Positions 1-13,287 of a stretch of DNA of 35,254 bases are shown one piece after another (the first letter of the stretch is position 1; every line of letters begins with the position of its first letter). The stretch is taken from assembly GCA_964543615.1 (NCBI GenBank), contig CAZIZD010000002.1, forward strand, positions 1 through 35,254, in the 5' to 3' direction. Source of the DNA: an uncultured Alcaligenaceae bacterium (GTDB lineage: Bacteria > Pseudomonadota > Gammaproteobacteria > Burkholderiales > Casimicrobiaceae). The notes under the pieces were generated by a model that did no database searches, was not told where the DNA came from, and saw nothing but the letters and a program-made list of their open reading frames with translations. Position numbers and translations under genes: made by a program.

Positions 1-240
1 CCGCAGCGCGAGGAAAAGCAGGAAATGGAAGCCGAAGAGCCCACCGATGCCGAGGAGCAGCGTGGGCAGCGGCACGCGCCACTCGCGCCAGCGCATCGCG
101 CCCGGCAGCGCGCCGAGCACCAGCGCACAACCCGTCAGGAGGAACGGCGGCAGGTGCGACAGCGCGAGGCCGAGCGCCGCGAGCGTGCCCCAGAGGAGGA
201 TGGCGCCTGCGGCAGCGAGGAGGGGTGTGATCGAGCGCAC
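1..240 (-). CDS. DMT/EamA family transporter, N-terminal part (runs off the left edge)
   Basis: Manual minus-strand translation from GTG at 240: MRSITPLLAAAGAILLWGTLAALGLALSHLPPFLLTG...LLLGIGGLFGFHFLLFLALR. It is hydrophobic with an EamA-like pattern and starts 6 nt after the alaX stop. Not in the supplied ORF track. Confidence 0.8.
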   Translation of the reverse strand, partial: MRSITPLLAAAGAILLWGTLAALGLALSHLPPFLLTGCALVLGALPGAMRWREWRVPLPTLLLGIGGLFGFHFLLFLALR

Positions 241-246
241 GGCCCG

Positions 247-954
247 TCAGGCGAGCGCGATCTCGACACGCCTGTTGCGCTTGCCTTCGCTCTTGATCTT
301 GAGCACGCGAATCGCGCCGATCTCCCCGATGTTGCGCACGTGCGTGCCGCCGCAGGGCTGCAGGTCGACGTCCGGAATGCGCAGGAGGCGCACGCGTCCG
401 CTGCCGCGCGGCGGCTGCACGCTCATCGTCTTCACGAGCTCGGGACGCGCGTCGAGCTCCTCGTCGGTGATCCACACCGTCTCGGTCGGAATGCCGCGCG
501 CGACGATGGCGTTGGTCTCGCGCTCGATCTTTTGCGCGTCGAGGAGACTCATGTCGATGTCGAAGTCAAGGCGCGCCTTCTCCGGCGCGATGTTGCCGCC
601 GGTGACCGGCGCGACGACGACGCACGACATCACGTGCAGAGCGGTGTGCAGGCGCATGAGCGCGTAGCGGCGCTCCCAGTCGATGCGCAGGCCGACGACG
701 TCCCCGATCGCGAGCGGGGCACCGGGCGCCACCATGTGCAGCACGCTGTCGTGGGCCTCGCCTTTGCGGGTGTCGGTGACCGCCACGGTGTCCCCGTTCT
801 CGCGGATCAGCACGCCGATGTCGCCCACCTGTCCGCCGCCCTGCGGGTAGAAGATCGTGCGGTCGAGCGCGACGCCGCGCTCGTCGTTGGCGGTGACGCG
901 GGCGGTAGCCTCGCGCATGTAGGCATCGTCGCGGAAGAGGAGCTCCGTAGGCAT
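247..954 (-). CDS. alaX: Alanyl-tRNA editing protein (AlaX-M type)
   Basis: Motifs MPTELLFRDDAY, TIFYPQGGGQ, the Zn ligands HTALH and CGGTH, and the C-terminal GKRNRRV. Start trimmed to the ATG at 954. Confidence 0.93.
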   Translation of the reverse strand: MPTELLFRDDAYMREATARVTANDERGVALDRTIFYPQGGGQVGDIGVLIRENGDTVAVTDTRKGEAHDSVLHMVAPGAPLAIGDVVGLRIDWERRYALMRLHTALHVMSCVVVAPVTGGNIAPEKARLDFDIDMSLLDAQKIERETNAIVARGIPTETVWITDEELDARPELVKTMSVQPPRGSGRVRLLRIPDVDLQPCGGTHVRNIGEIGAIRVLKIKSEGKRNRRVEIALA

Positions 955-1008
955 CGTGCGATTGTAGCGGTAAGATCCCCGTCTCTTCACGGATGCGCGA
1001 GGAACACC

Positions 1009-1431
1009 ATGATCCGCAAGGCCCTGCCCCTTCTCGCACTTGCCGCGATGCTCGCGTACGTCGCCCCGGCGCAAGCCCAGCAAGCTCCGCGCGCGCGCGT
1101 CGTCATGCAGGTGAGCGACAACGACCCGGCCAAGTGGAACCTCGCGCTGAACAACGCGAAGAACGTCCAGGCGGACCTGGGTGCTGCGAACGTCGACATC
1201 GAGATCGTCGCTTACGGCCCGGGGATCGGGATGCTGAAGGCGGACTCGATCGTCGCGAATCGCGTCGGCGATGCAATGTCAGCGGGCGTCCGCGTCGTGG
1301 CGTGCGAGAACACGTTGGTGAACCAGAAGATCAGCAAGGACGACATGCTCCCGAAGATCGACTACGTGGCAGCCGGCGTCGTCGAGCTCATGCAGAAGCA
1401 GCAGCAGGGATGGGCGTACATCCGGCCCTGA
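1009..1431 (+). CDS. Secreted DsrE/DsrF-like family protein
   Basis: Signal peptide (…PAQA), then VVMQVSDNDPAKWNLALNNAKN, IEIVAYGPGI, VACENT and AGVVELMQKQQQGWAYIRP. GAGG SD precedes ATG 1009. Confidence 0.85.
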   Translation: MIRKALPLLALAAMLAYVAPAQAQQAPRARVVMQVSDNDPAKWNLALNNAKNVQADLGAANVDIEIVAYGPGIGMLKADSIVANRVGDAMSAGVRVVACENTLVNQKISKDDMLPKIDYVAAGVVELMQKQQQGWAYIRP

Positions 1432-1447
1432 CGACTTGAAGCAAGCG

Positions 1448-2749
1448 ATGGACGAAGGTCGAACAACGCGCACGATCGGATCGGGTCACCCCGACCGCTA
1501 CCTCTCCGACGCCGAGGTCCGCGACATCGTGCGCGCAGGCCTCGACGCCATCGCGCCCGACGGCAAGCGCATCCTCTTCATCATCCCGGACGGCACGCGC
1601 ACGATGCCCATGCCGCAGATGTTCGCGCTGTTCCGCGAGCATCTTGCGCACCGCGCCAAGGCGTTCGATTACCTGGTGGCGCTCGGCACGCACCAGCCGA
1701 TGAGCGACCAGGCCCTCTCGGCGCACCTCGGCGTCCCGGTAAAGGACGGCCGCGCGGGTACCTCGCGTGTCTTCAACCATGAGTGGCACAGGCCCGAGAC
1801 GTTCGCGACCATCGGCACGATCTCCGCAAGCGAGATCGCGCATCTCTCCGGCGGGCGCCTGTCGCAGGACGTCCCGGTCTCGCTCAACCGCCTCATCTTC
1901 GACTACGACCACATCGTCATCTGCGGGCCCGTGTTTCCGCACGAGGTGGTCGGCTTCTCGGGCGGCAACAAGTACTTCTTCCCGGGCATCGCCGGCGCCG
2001 AGGTCATCAACTTCACGCACTGGCTGGGCGCGCTCATCACCAACTACGAAGTGATTGGATCGGGCTACACGCCGGTGCGCGCGGTGATCGACCGCGCGGC
2101 GTCGATGGTGACAGTGCCCACCTCGTGCGCAGCACTGGTCGTGACCAAGGACGGCACCGCCGGTCTGTGGTTCGGCGACGCGCGCGACGCCTGGCGCGAG
2201 GCGTCCCTCCTCTCCTCGCAGCGGCACATCGTGTGGCTCGACCGCCCGATGAAGACGGTGCTGTCGATCATGCCCACGATGTACGAGGACGTCTGGACCG
2301 CAGGCAAGGGCATGTACAAGATCGAGCCGGCGGTGGCCGACGGCGGCGAAGTGATCATCTACGCGCCGCACATCCGCGAGGTCAGCGTCACGCACGGCCG
2401 CGTCATCGAGGAAGTGGGCTACCACACGCGCGACTACTTCACCGCGCAGCCCGAGCGTGGCGGTCGTCTTGGTCCGCGAGGCGACGTCGCGAAGTACCCG
2501 GGCGGTGTGCTCGCGCATTCGACCCACGTGAAGGGCATTGGAACCTACGACAAGGCCACGGGTGTGGAAGCGCCTCGCGTCACCGTGACCCTGGCCACGG
2601 GCATTTCCGAGGCGCGCTGCCGGAAGATCAACCTGGGCTATCGCGACCCCGCATCGATCGACATTGCGGCCTGGCAAGGCCGCGAGGACGAAGGCGTGCT
2701 CGTGGTGCCGCGCGCAGGGGAAATGCTCTATCGCGTGAAGCCGCGTTGA
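1448..2749 (+). CDS. LarA-family (lactate racemase / DUF2088) nickel-pincer-dependent racemase/epimerase
   Basis: Motifs PDGTRT, ALGTH, PHEVVGFSGGNKYFFPG, NFTH and TAGKG match LarA catalytic and cofactor positions. Start could be ATG 1448 or TTG 1436. Confidence 0.82.
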   Translation: MDEGRTTRTIGSGHPDRYLSDAEVRDIVRAGLDAIAPDGKRILFIIPDGTRTMPMPQMFALFREHLAHRAKAFDYLVALGTHQPMSDQALSAHLGVPVKDGRAGTSRVFNHEWHRPETFATIGTISASEIAHLSGGRLSQDVPVSLNRLIFDYDHIVICGPVFPHEVVGFSGGNKYFFPGIAGAEVINFTHWLGALITNYEVIGSGYTPVRAVIDRAASMVTVPTSCAALVVTKDGTAGLWFGDARDAWREASLLSSQRHIVWLDRPMKTVLSIMPTMYEDVWTAGKGMYKIEPAVADGGEVIIYAPHIREVSVTHGRVIEEVGYHTRDYFTAQPERGGRLGPRGDVAKYPGGVLAHSTHVKGIGTYDKATGVEAPRVTVTLATGISEARCRKINLGYRDPASIDIAAWQGREDEGVLVVPRAGEMLYRVKPR

Positions 2750-2771
2750 AGGGCCACGCCCGGGCGCGCGC

Positions 2772-3674
2772 TCAGGCCTTGATCTTCGCGCCGCACTTGC
2801 CGCAGAACTTGTCGCCGGTGCGCAGCGCGCCGCCGCACTTGCTGCAGAACGCGGCCACGACTTCGCCGCCCTTACGCCGCCACAGGAGCACGAGCGCGAG
2901 CACGCCTGCCAGCGCGAGTGCGGCGAACGCGGACATCGGCACCAGCCAATCGGGCGATCCGCCGGCAGGCATTGCGGGCGCCGCCGCAGGTGCGGCCGGA
3001 GCCTGCGCGGACTGCGCAGTGCGCAAGCCCTTGATGTCGACCGTCGGCCGCGCATCGGCCTTGCTGTACTTGACCGTGATCGGGACCGCCTTGCCTTGCG
3101 CAAGCGCGCCGAGATCGCCGGCGCGATAGGTGAGCCCGCCCGCGCCGGTCGACAGGTTCGCGAGTGCAGGCTCCGTCGTCAGGCCCTGCGCTCCCGCGGG
3201 CTCCTGCACCACGACGCTCGCGCGCTCGACCGCGAGGTCGCCCGGCCACGTGTACGTGAACGATCGCGCGGCATTCGCCGTCGACAAGGATTCGTAGAAC
3301 TCGATGTGGAACCAGCGCGAGGGCGCTTCGAACCTGATCGTCGTGTAGCCGCCCGACGCGGTCTTCTCGTGCGTGAGGTTCAGCAGGCTGCCGTCGGCGG
3401 TCGTCGAATACGCCACTGCCGCGGGACCCTCCGGCGTCGCGGGCAGGCGCAGGGTCATGGACGCCGGCAGCTTGACGCCTTCGGCGATCGCCCCGCGCAG
3501 GATGACGAGCGCCGCGGGACGGTCGAACTCGGGCCAGATCTCTATCGACAGGTTCGCGAGCCGGGGCGCGTCCTTCGCCTGCCCCAAGGCGAGCATGGGG
3601 ACGAGCAGCAGGGTGACGAGGGCGAGCGCACGGCGTGCGCGGCCGTGGGCGCGGAGCAAGGGTTCGGTGGGCAT
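2772..3674 (-). CDS. Membrane-anchored protein with C-terminal zinc ribbon (DZR-like)
   Basis: Signal-like N-terminus, an extracytoplasmic domain (IEIWPEFDRPAALVILRG), an Ala/Pro linker, a TM helix, then CSKCGGALRTGDKFCGKCG. A GAGGA SD and a TACAGT -10-like hexamer lie upstream. Confidence 0.78.
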   Translation of the reverse strand: MPTEPLLRAHGRARRALALVTLLLVPMLALGQAKDAPRLANLSIEIWPEFDRPAALVILRGAIAEGVKLPASMTLRLPATPEGPAAVAYSTTADGSLLNLTHEKTASGGYTTIRFEAPSRWFHIEFYESLSTANAARSFTYTWPGDLAVERASVVVQEPAGAQGLTTEPALANLSTGAGGLTYRAGDLGALAQGKAVPITVKYSKADARPTVDIKGLRTAQSAQAPAAPAAAPAMPAGGSPDWLVPMSAFAALALAGVLALVLLWRRKGGEVVAAFCSKCGGALRTGDKFCGKCGAKIKA

Positions 3675-3749
3675 GGAAGGGGTCCTCGAGCGACGTGACT
3701 GTACCCGGTCCTCCGAGCGAACGCATCGGGGCGAAATCAAGAAACGCGG

Positions 3750-3769
3750 TTAATCGCGGGGTAATGCGG
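3750..3769 (+). promoter_or_regulatory. Putative OmpR/QseB-type operator upstream of the PepSY gene (TTAATCGCGGGGTAATGCGG)
   Basis: TTAAT-N6-GTAAT direct repeat with an 11-bp period. It is 17/20 identical to the motif upstream of the SHP operon. Confidence 0.65.
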
Positions 3770-3851
3770 CGGGAGGAACCTGATACACGGTCGCGCGTGC
3801 GCGGAGGCAGGGGTCTCCGAGGGCGACGCGCCGACATCCAGGAGAATCCAT

Positions 3852-4334
3852 ATGAACCTTCGCAAGATGGCTTTCTGCGCGCTCCTCGTCGCGTCCGCCG
3901 GCAGCGCTGCCGCGTCCGCATCGACCTACCGCATCGCCGACACGGTGCGCGCCCTGGAAGCGCGCTATCCGGGCACGGTGGAGATGATCGAGCTCGACGA
4001 CGCCGGCGATCGCCCCGCCCACTACCACGTCGACATGCGCTTCCCGCAAAGCGGGGTCGCGCGGCTCGACGTGGATGCCGCGACGCTCGCCGTCGCCTCC
4101 CGCGACCCGATGCCTCCCACACCGGCCCAGGTGCCGCTGCTGCACGTGGTGGCGGTGATCACGACCGCGATCGAGGACGGCCGCGTCGTCGCCACCCGGC
4201 TCGACTTCGGCAACGGTGCGCCCGCGCACTACGACGTCGACGTCGCGCTGCCGAGTGGCGCGCTCGCGCGCCTCAAGGTCGATGCGGCCACCGGCGCGAT
4301 GGCCTGGCGGTCGCCGGCGATCGTCATGGAGTGA
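3852..4334 (+). CDS. Periplasmic tandem PepSY-domain protein
   Basis: Signal peptide plus two repeats (YPGTVEMIELD…HYHVDM…LDVDAAT and DGRVVATRLD…HYDVDV…LKVDAATG). AGGAG SD. Confidence 0.8.
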   Translation: MNLRKMAFCALLVASAGSAAASASTYRIADTVRALEARYPGTVEMIELDDAGDRPAHYHVDMRFPQSGVARLDVDAATLAVASRDPMPPTPAQVPLLHVVAVITTAIEDGRVVATRLDFGNGAPAHYDVDVALPSGALARLKVDAATGAMAWRSPAIVME

Positions 4335-4362
4335 AGTGGGCCGGCCGCGCGCGGAACGCGTC

Positions 4363-5715
4363 TCACGCGCGCGGCGGGAACTCGAGGACGACGGTCAGGC
4401 CGCCATTGTCCGACGTGGAAACGAACGACAACCGGGCGCGATGCACTTCCGCGATGCGGCGCGCGATCGAGAGCCCGAGACCGGTGCCGGTCGCGTCGTT
4501 GCCGAGCACGCGATGGAACCGCTGGCCCAGCCGCTCGACTTCGCTGGCGGGCACGCCGGGACCCTCGTCGGCCACCGCGATGCGCGGAGCGCCGGCGTGC
4601 GCGTCCACGCGCACCTTCACCGACGAGTCCGGGGGCGAGTAGCGCACGGCGTTGTCGAGGACGTTGCGCAGCAGCACCTGCAACAGCCGCGGGTCGCATG
4701 CCGCGGCCACTGGGCCGTCCGCCGAGAGCTCGATGTCGATGCGCGTCGCGTGCGCGGTCGGCACGATGTCGGCCACCGCCGTCCGTGTCACCTCGACCAG
4801 GTCGCACGGCGCGAGCACCGCGCTCGATGCCGCGGGCTCGAGACGCGCGAGCGTGAGGAGCTGCTCGACGAGGTGCGTCGCGCGGTCGCAGCCCGCGATG
4901 ACATTGTCGAGCGCGCGCACGCGGTCCGCCTCGTTGGCGGCGCTTCTCGCCACCTGCGCCTGCGCGCGAAGCGCGGCCAGCGGCGTCCTGAGCTCGTGCG
5001 AGGCATCGGCGGTGAAGCGCCTCTCGTTGTCGATGGACGCGCGCACGCGAGCGAGGAGATTATTGAGGCCGTCGACGAGCGGCGCGACTTCCGCCGGCAC
5101 GCCCGTGGAGTCCAGTGCGACGAGATTGTCGGGAGCGCGGTCGCCGACGTCGCGGCCGATCCGCTTCAGCGGGCGCAGTGCGCGGTCGATCCACAGCCAG
5201 ATCAGAAGCCCGAGCACCGGCAGCGCCACCGCGAGCGGCCACAGCAGGTTCTTCGCGATCTGCGCGACGATCTCCTCGCGCGCCTCACGCCGCTCTCCTA
5301 CCTGGACCAGGAAGCGCCGGCCCTCGTCCCAGCCGCTCCACACGCGCCAGGCGCGGCCGCCGATCTGGGCGTCGCTGAAGCCTTCGGTTCGTGCCGACAG
5401 GCGCGCGTCGTTGGGCGCATTGGCAGAATGCAAGCGAAGGCGCTGCCCATCCTCCCAGAACTGGAATGCGACGCGACGCTCGTAGCGATGCAGCTGCGGC
5501 GAGTGCTCGATCTCGATCTCGCCGGACTCGCGGCCCGCCTGTGCGATGAGAAGCGACGCGGTCTGCGCGAGGTGCGCATCGAGGAGCTCGTCGAGCTCGT
5601 GACGTGTATCGAGGTAGCTCACGATGGCCGTCGCGAGCCACGTCGCGGCCACGGCGGCCAGCGTGCCGGCGAGCAGCCGCCTGCGGATCGAGCGCCGCCC
5701 CGCCGTTTCAGTCAC
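4363..5715 (-). CDS. Sensor histidine kinase, QseC/PmrB-like
   Basis: Two TM helices, a HAMP region, H-box ASHELRTPL, N-box RNVLDNAVRY, and G-boxes DEGPG and GTGLGLSI. Confidence 0.93.
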   Translation of the reverse strand: MTETAGRRSIRRRLLAGTLAAVAATWLATAIVSYLDTRHELDELLDAHLAQTASLLIAQAGRESGEIEIEHSPQLHRYERRVAFQFWEDGQRLRLHSANAPNDARLSARTEGFSDAQIGGRAWRVWSGWDEGRRFLVQVGERREAREEIVAQIAKNLLWPLAVALPVLGLLIWLWIDRALRPLKRIGRDVGDRAPDNLVALDSTGVPAEVAPLVDGLNNLLARVRASIDNERRFTADASHELRTPLAALRAQAQVARSAANEADRVRALDNVIAGCDRATHLVEQLLTLARLEPAASSAVLAPCDLVEVTRTAVADIVPTAHATRIDIELSADGPVAAACDPRLLQVLLRNVLDNAVRYSPPDSSVKVRVDAHAGAPRIAVADEGPGVPASEVERLGQRFHRVLGNDATGTGLGLSIARRIAEVHRARLSFVSTSDNGGLTVVLEFPPRA

Positions 5716-6379
5716 CCGCCCCCTCCTTCACGAGGACGTAGCCGACGCCGCGCACGGTGCGAATCACATCGGGCGCGAGCTTGCGCCGCAGGTGGTGGAT
5801 GTGCACGTCGATGGCGTTGCTCTCGACCTCTTCGCCCCACGCGTAGAGGCGCTGCTCGATCTGCTCGCGCGTGAGCACGCGCCCCGCGTGGCGCGCGAAC
5901 TCGTGCAGAAGGTTGAACTCGCGCGCCTTGAGCTCGACGGTCTGGCCGCGGAAGCGCACGGTCCGCGCCGCGGGATCGATCGCAAGTTCCCCCACCTCGA
6001 GCACCGGGCTGGGCTCGCCGCGCGCACGCCGCACCAGGGCGCGCAGGCGCGCGGCCAGCTCGTCCAGATCCACGGGCTTCACGACGTAGTCGTCGGCACC
6101 GGAGTCGAGGCCGGTCACGCGGTCTTCCACGGCGTCCCGCGCAGTAAGAACGAGCACCGGCGCCCGGTCTCCGCGCGCGCGCAATCGCCCTAGCACGGCG
6201 AGGCCGTCCTGCCGAGGCAGGCCGAGGTCGAGCACCACCGCCGCGTACGGCTCGCTGCCGAGCGCGAGACTGGCCGCGACCCCGTCACGCACCCAGTCGA
6301 CGTCGAAGCCACGCTGCCGCAATCCGGACTGCAGCGCGTCCCCGAGCAGGGCGTCGTCTTCAGCGACGAGGATTCGCAT
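5708..6379 (-). CDS. OmpR-family response regulator, QseB/PmrA-like
   Basis: Motifs MRILVAEDD, LDLGLP and GADDYVVKP, with a winged helix SNAIDVHIHHLRRKL…TVRGVGY. Overlaps the kinase start. Confidence 0.94.
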   Translation of the reverse strand: MRILVAEDDALLGDALQSGLRQRGFDVDWVRDGVAASLALGSEPYAAVVLDLGLPRQDGLAVLGRLRARGDRAPVLVLTARDAVEDRVTGLDSGADDYVVKPVDLDELAARLRALVRRARGEPSPVLEVGELAIDPAARTVRFRGQTVELKAREFNLLHEFARHAGRVLTREQIEQRLYAWGEEVESNAIDVHIHHLRRKLAPDVIRTVRGVGYVLVKEGAGD

Positions 6380-6911
6380 GCAGCGGCCCCATGCCCTCCG
6401 CCTCAGGTCCGCGCTTGTTGCCGGTGACCATGGCGACGACGAGGTTCTCGCGATGCAGGACGCTGCTCGCAATCACCGCGGCGACGTGCAGCGCGACGAG
6501 CGCGAGCAGCACCTCGGCCGCACCTTCGTGCAGCTCCTCCAGCGCGTGGCCGCCGGCATCGGCGTAGATCGCGTATCCGCTCGCCGCAACGACCGCGCCG
6601 AGCGTCAGCATCCCGACGATCGCCCATCCGCCCGCGGGATTGTGGCCGGCATGATGCTCCGGTGAAGACGTGAGCAGCGAGGCGAGGTAGCGCATCACCG
6701 CGCGCGGTCCGCGCAGGAAGGACGCGAAGCGCGCATGACCGCTCCCCACGAAGCCCCACACGAGGCGAAATGCGATGAGTCCGGCGAATGCGTAGCCGAG
6801 CGCGACGTGCAGGTCGCGCACGCGCTCCGATTCCGCCGTGAGAAAGGCGCCCGCGAAGGTCAGCGCGAGCAGCCAGTGAAAGACCCTGACCGGCAGGTCC
6901 CATACGCGCAT
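6360..6911 (-). CDS. Cytochrome b/b6-domain membrane protein (SHP/DHC-associated)
   Basis: VWDLPVRVFHW, GHNPAGG, and the His-containing motifs LHVALG, ELHE and LHVAAV. AAGGAG SD. Confidence 0.88.
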   Translation of the reverse strand: MRVWDLPVRVFHWLLALTFAGAFLTAESERVRDLHVALGYAFAGLIAFRLVWGFVGSGHARFASFLRGPRAVMRYLASLLTSSPEHHAGHNPAGGWAIVGMLTLGAVVAASGYAIYADAGGHALEELHEGAAEVLLALVALHVAAVIASSVLHRENLVVAMVTGNKRGPEAEGMGPLHANPRR

Positions 6912-6932
6912 TCTAGTCCACTCCTTTCGTCG

Positions 6933-7439
6933 TCACGTGCGCGGAATGCGCACGTCGTGCTCGTTGAATTGCCCGCGCTCGGCACCTGGGTGACAGGCCG
7001 CGCAATTGCCGGGACTCGCGACGCTCGCGCGGCGCCACACGTCGGCGCCGATTTCGGCGTGCTCCTTGCGGAACCAGCGCGCCTGCGTGATGCGCGTGGC
7101 CGTGGCGTCGTACCGCTTCTGGCCCGGCGCCGCGGCATTCGCCTCGAGATAGGCGCGAATGGCCGCAGCGCTCGCCGGGTCGATGCTCGCGTCGACGCCG
7201 AAGTGGCGATCGATGCCCTGCATCAGTGCGGCCCACGCAGGCGCCGAGAGAAGGCGCGCGGGATAGGCGACGTGGCAGCTTCCGCATTCCGCCGCATAGG
7301 TCGGATTGGTCGGCGCCGGCGGCGCGCGCTCGGCCGCGACCGCATCGAAGACCAGAAACACCGACATGGCCGTGCCCAGGATCCAGGCCGACACGTCGAA
7401 GGCGAGGCGTACTCGGTCCGTTCTCATGTCGGGCCTCAT
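6933..7439 (-). CDS. Diheme cytochrome c (DHC)
   Basis: Two heme motifs, ECGSCH and NCAACH, plus AYPARLL, HFGVDAS and RITQARWFRKEH. The start at 7439 overlaps the SHP stop as ATGA; an alternative start is 7427. Confidence 0.88.
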   Translation of the reverse strand: MRPDMRTDRVRLAFDVSAWILGTAMSVFLVFDAVAAERAPPAPTNPTYAAECGSCHVAYPARLLSAPAWAALMQGIDRHFGVDASIDPASAAAIRAYLEANAAAPGQKRYDATATRITQARWFRKEHAEIGADVWRRASVASPGNCAACHPGAERGQFNEHDVRIPRT

Positions 7440-7852
7440 GGCTTCTGGGCGAGGAGCCAGGCGAGCACGTCGCCCTTCTCCTGCGCGGTGCAGGCACGGC
7501 CGAGCACGTCGTTGCAATTGCGCTTGAACCACTTCTCGACGACGGCCAAGTCGTTGAAGCGATCCGGATTCGCCGCCGGCGCGAGCGGCGCGATGGCTTT
7601 GCCCGTCTTGGCGTGCTTGCCGGCAACGGTCGGGCGCGCCGTATGGCAGGTCGCGCAGCTCCAGTCGTTGCCGTGCGTCGATTGGAAGAATCGCGCGCCA
7701 CGTTCGGCCGAGAGGCCGGTGAACGCGCCAGCCTCCCGACGTGCTTCCTCGGCGTACAGGGTTGCGAGGCTCGTGGGTGTTGCCGCGGGTGTCGCCGCGG
7801 ATGCGGCCGCGCATGCGGCCAGTGCGAGAAGCAAAGTGCAAGTTCGGATCAT
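7436..7852 (-). CDS. DUF1924 monoheme cytochrome c (Sphaeroides heme protein, SHP-like)
   Basis: Signal peptide, WSCATCH, GKHAKTGKAIAPLAP and KWFKRNCNDVLGRACT (the Asn ligand and Cys pair typical of SHP). Confidence 0.9.
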   Translation of the reverse strand: MIRTCTLLLALAACAAASAATPAATPTSLATLYAEEARREAGAFTGLSAERGARFFQSTHGNDWSCATCHTARPTVAGKHAKTGKAIAPLAPAANPDRFNDLAVVEKWFKRNCNDVLGRACTAQEKGDVLAWLLAQKP

Positions 7853-7896
7853 GGCGTCGGAAGTCGGTAGTTGCGACGCCTTCGATCCTGGACCGC

Positions 7897-7916
7897 CCGC
7901 ATTAGCGGGCGATTAA
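7897..7916 (-). promoter_or_regulatory. Putative OmpR/QseB-type operator upstream of the SHP operon (TTAATCGCCCGCTAATGCGG on the minus strand)
   Basis: TTAAT-N6-CTAAT direct repeat, a near-copy of 3750-3769. Confidence 0.65.
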
Positions 7917-7924
7917 GGAGGTGC

Positions 7925-7998
7925 TGGAGCGGGTGAAGGGAATCGAACCCTCGTCGTAGGCTTGGGAAGCCTCTGCTCTACCATTGAGCTACACCCGC
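7925..7998 (-). tRNA. tRNA-Gly(CCC)
   Basis: Minus strand reads GCGGGTGTAGCTCAATGGTAGAGCAGAGGCTTCCCAAGCCTACGACGAGGGTTCGATTCCCTTCACCCGCTCCA (74 nt). It has a CCC anticodon, a TTCGA T-loop and an encoded CCA, with a TAGAAT -10 upstream. Confidence 0.97.
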
Positions 7999-8014
7999 GC
8001 AAGAGAATGAAATT

Positions 8015-13247
<5,233 letters not shown>

Positions 13248-13252
13248 CGGTT

Positions 13253-13280
13253 GCGGGCCCGCCGCCCGGCGGGCCCGTTT
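13253..13280. terminator. GC-rich hairpin between convergent thiC and the fibre gene
   Basis: GCGGGCCCGCC-gccc-GGCGGGCCCGT followed by a short T run. Confidence 0.65.
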
Positions 13281-13287
13281 CGAAGGG

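Noticed and set aside
3750-7998. Genomic island integrated at tRNA-Gly, with the two 20-bp motifs as terminal inverted repeats
   Set aside because: There is no integrase or transposase, I found no duplicated tRNA 3' end, and there is no evident target-site duplication or compositional shift. The motifs are better explained as operators.
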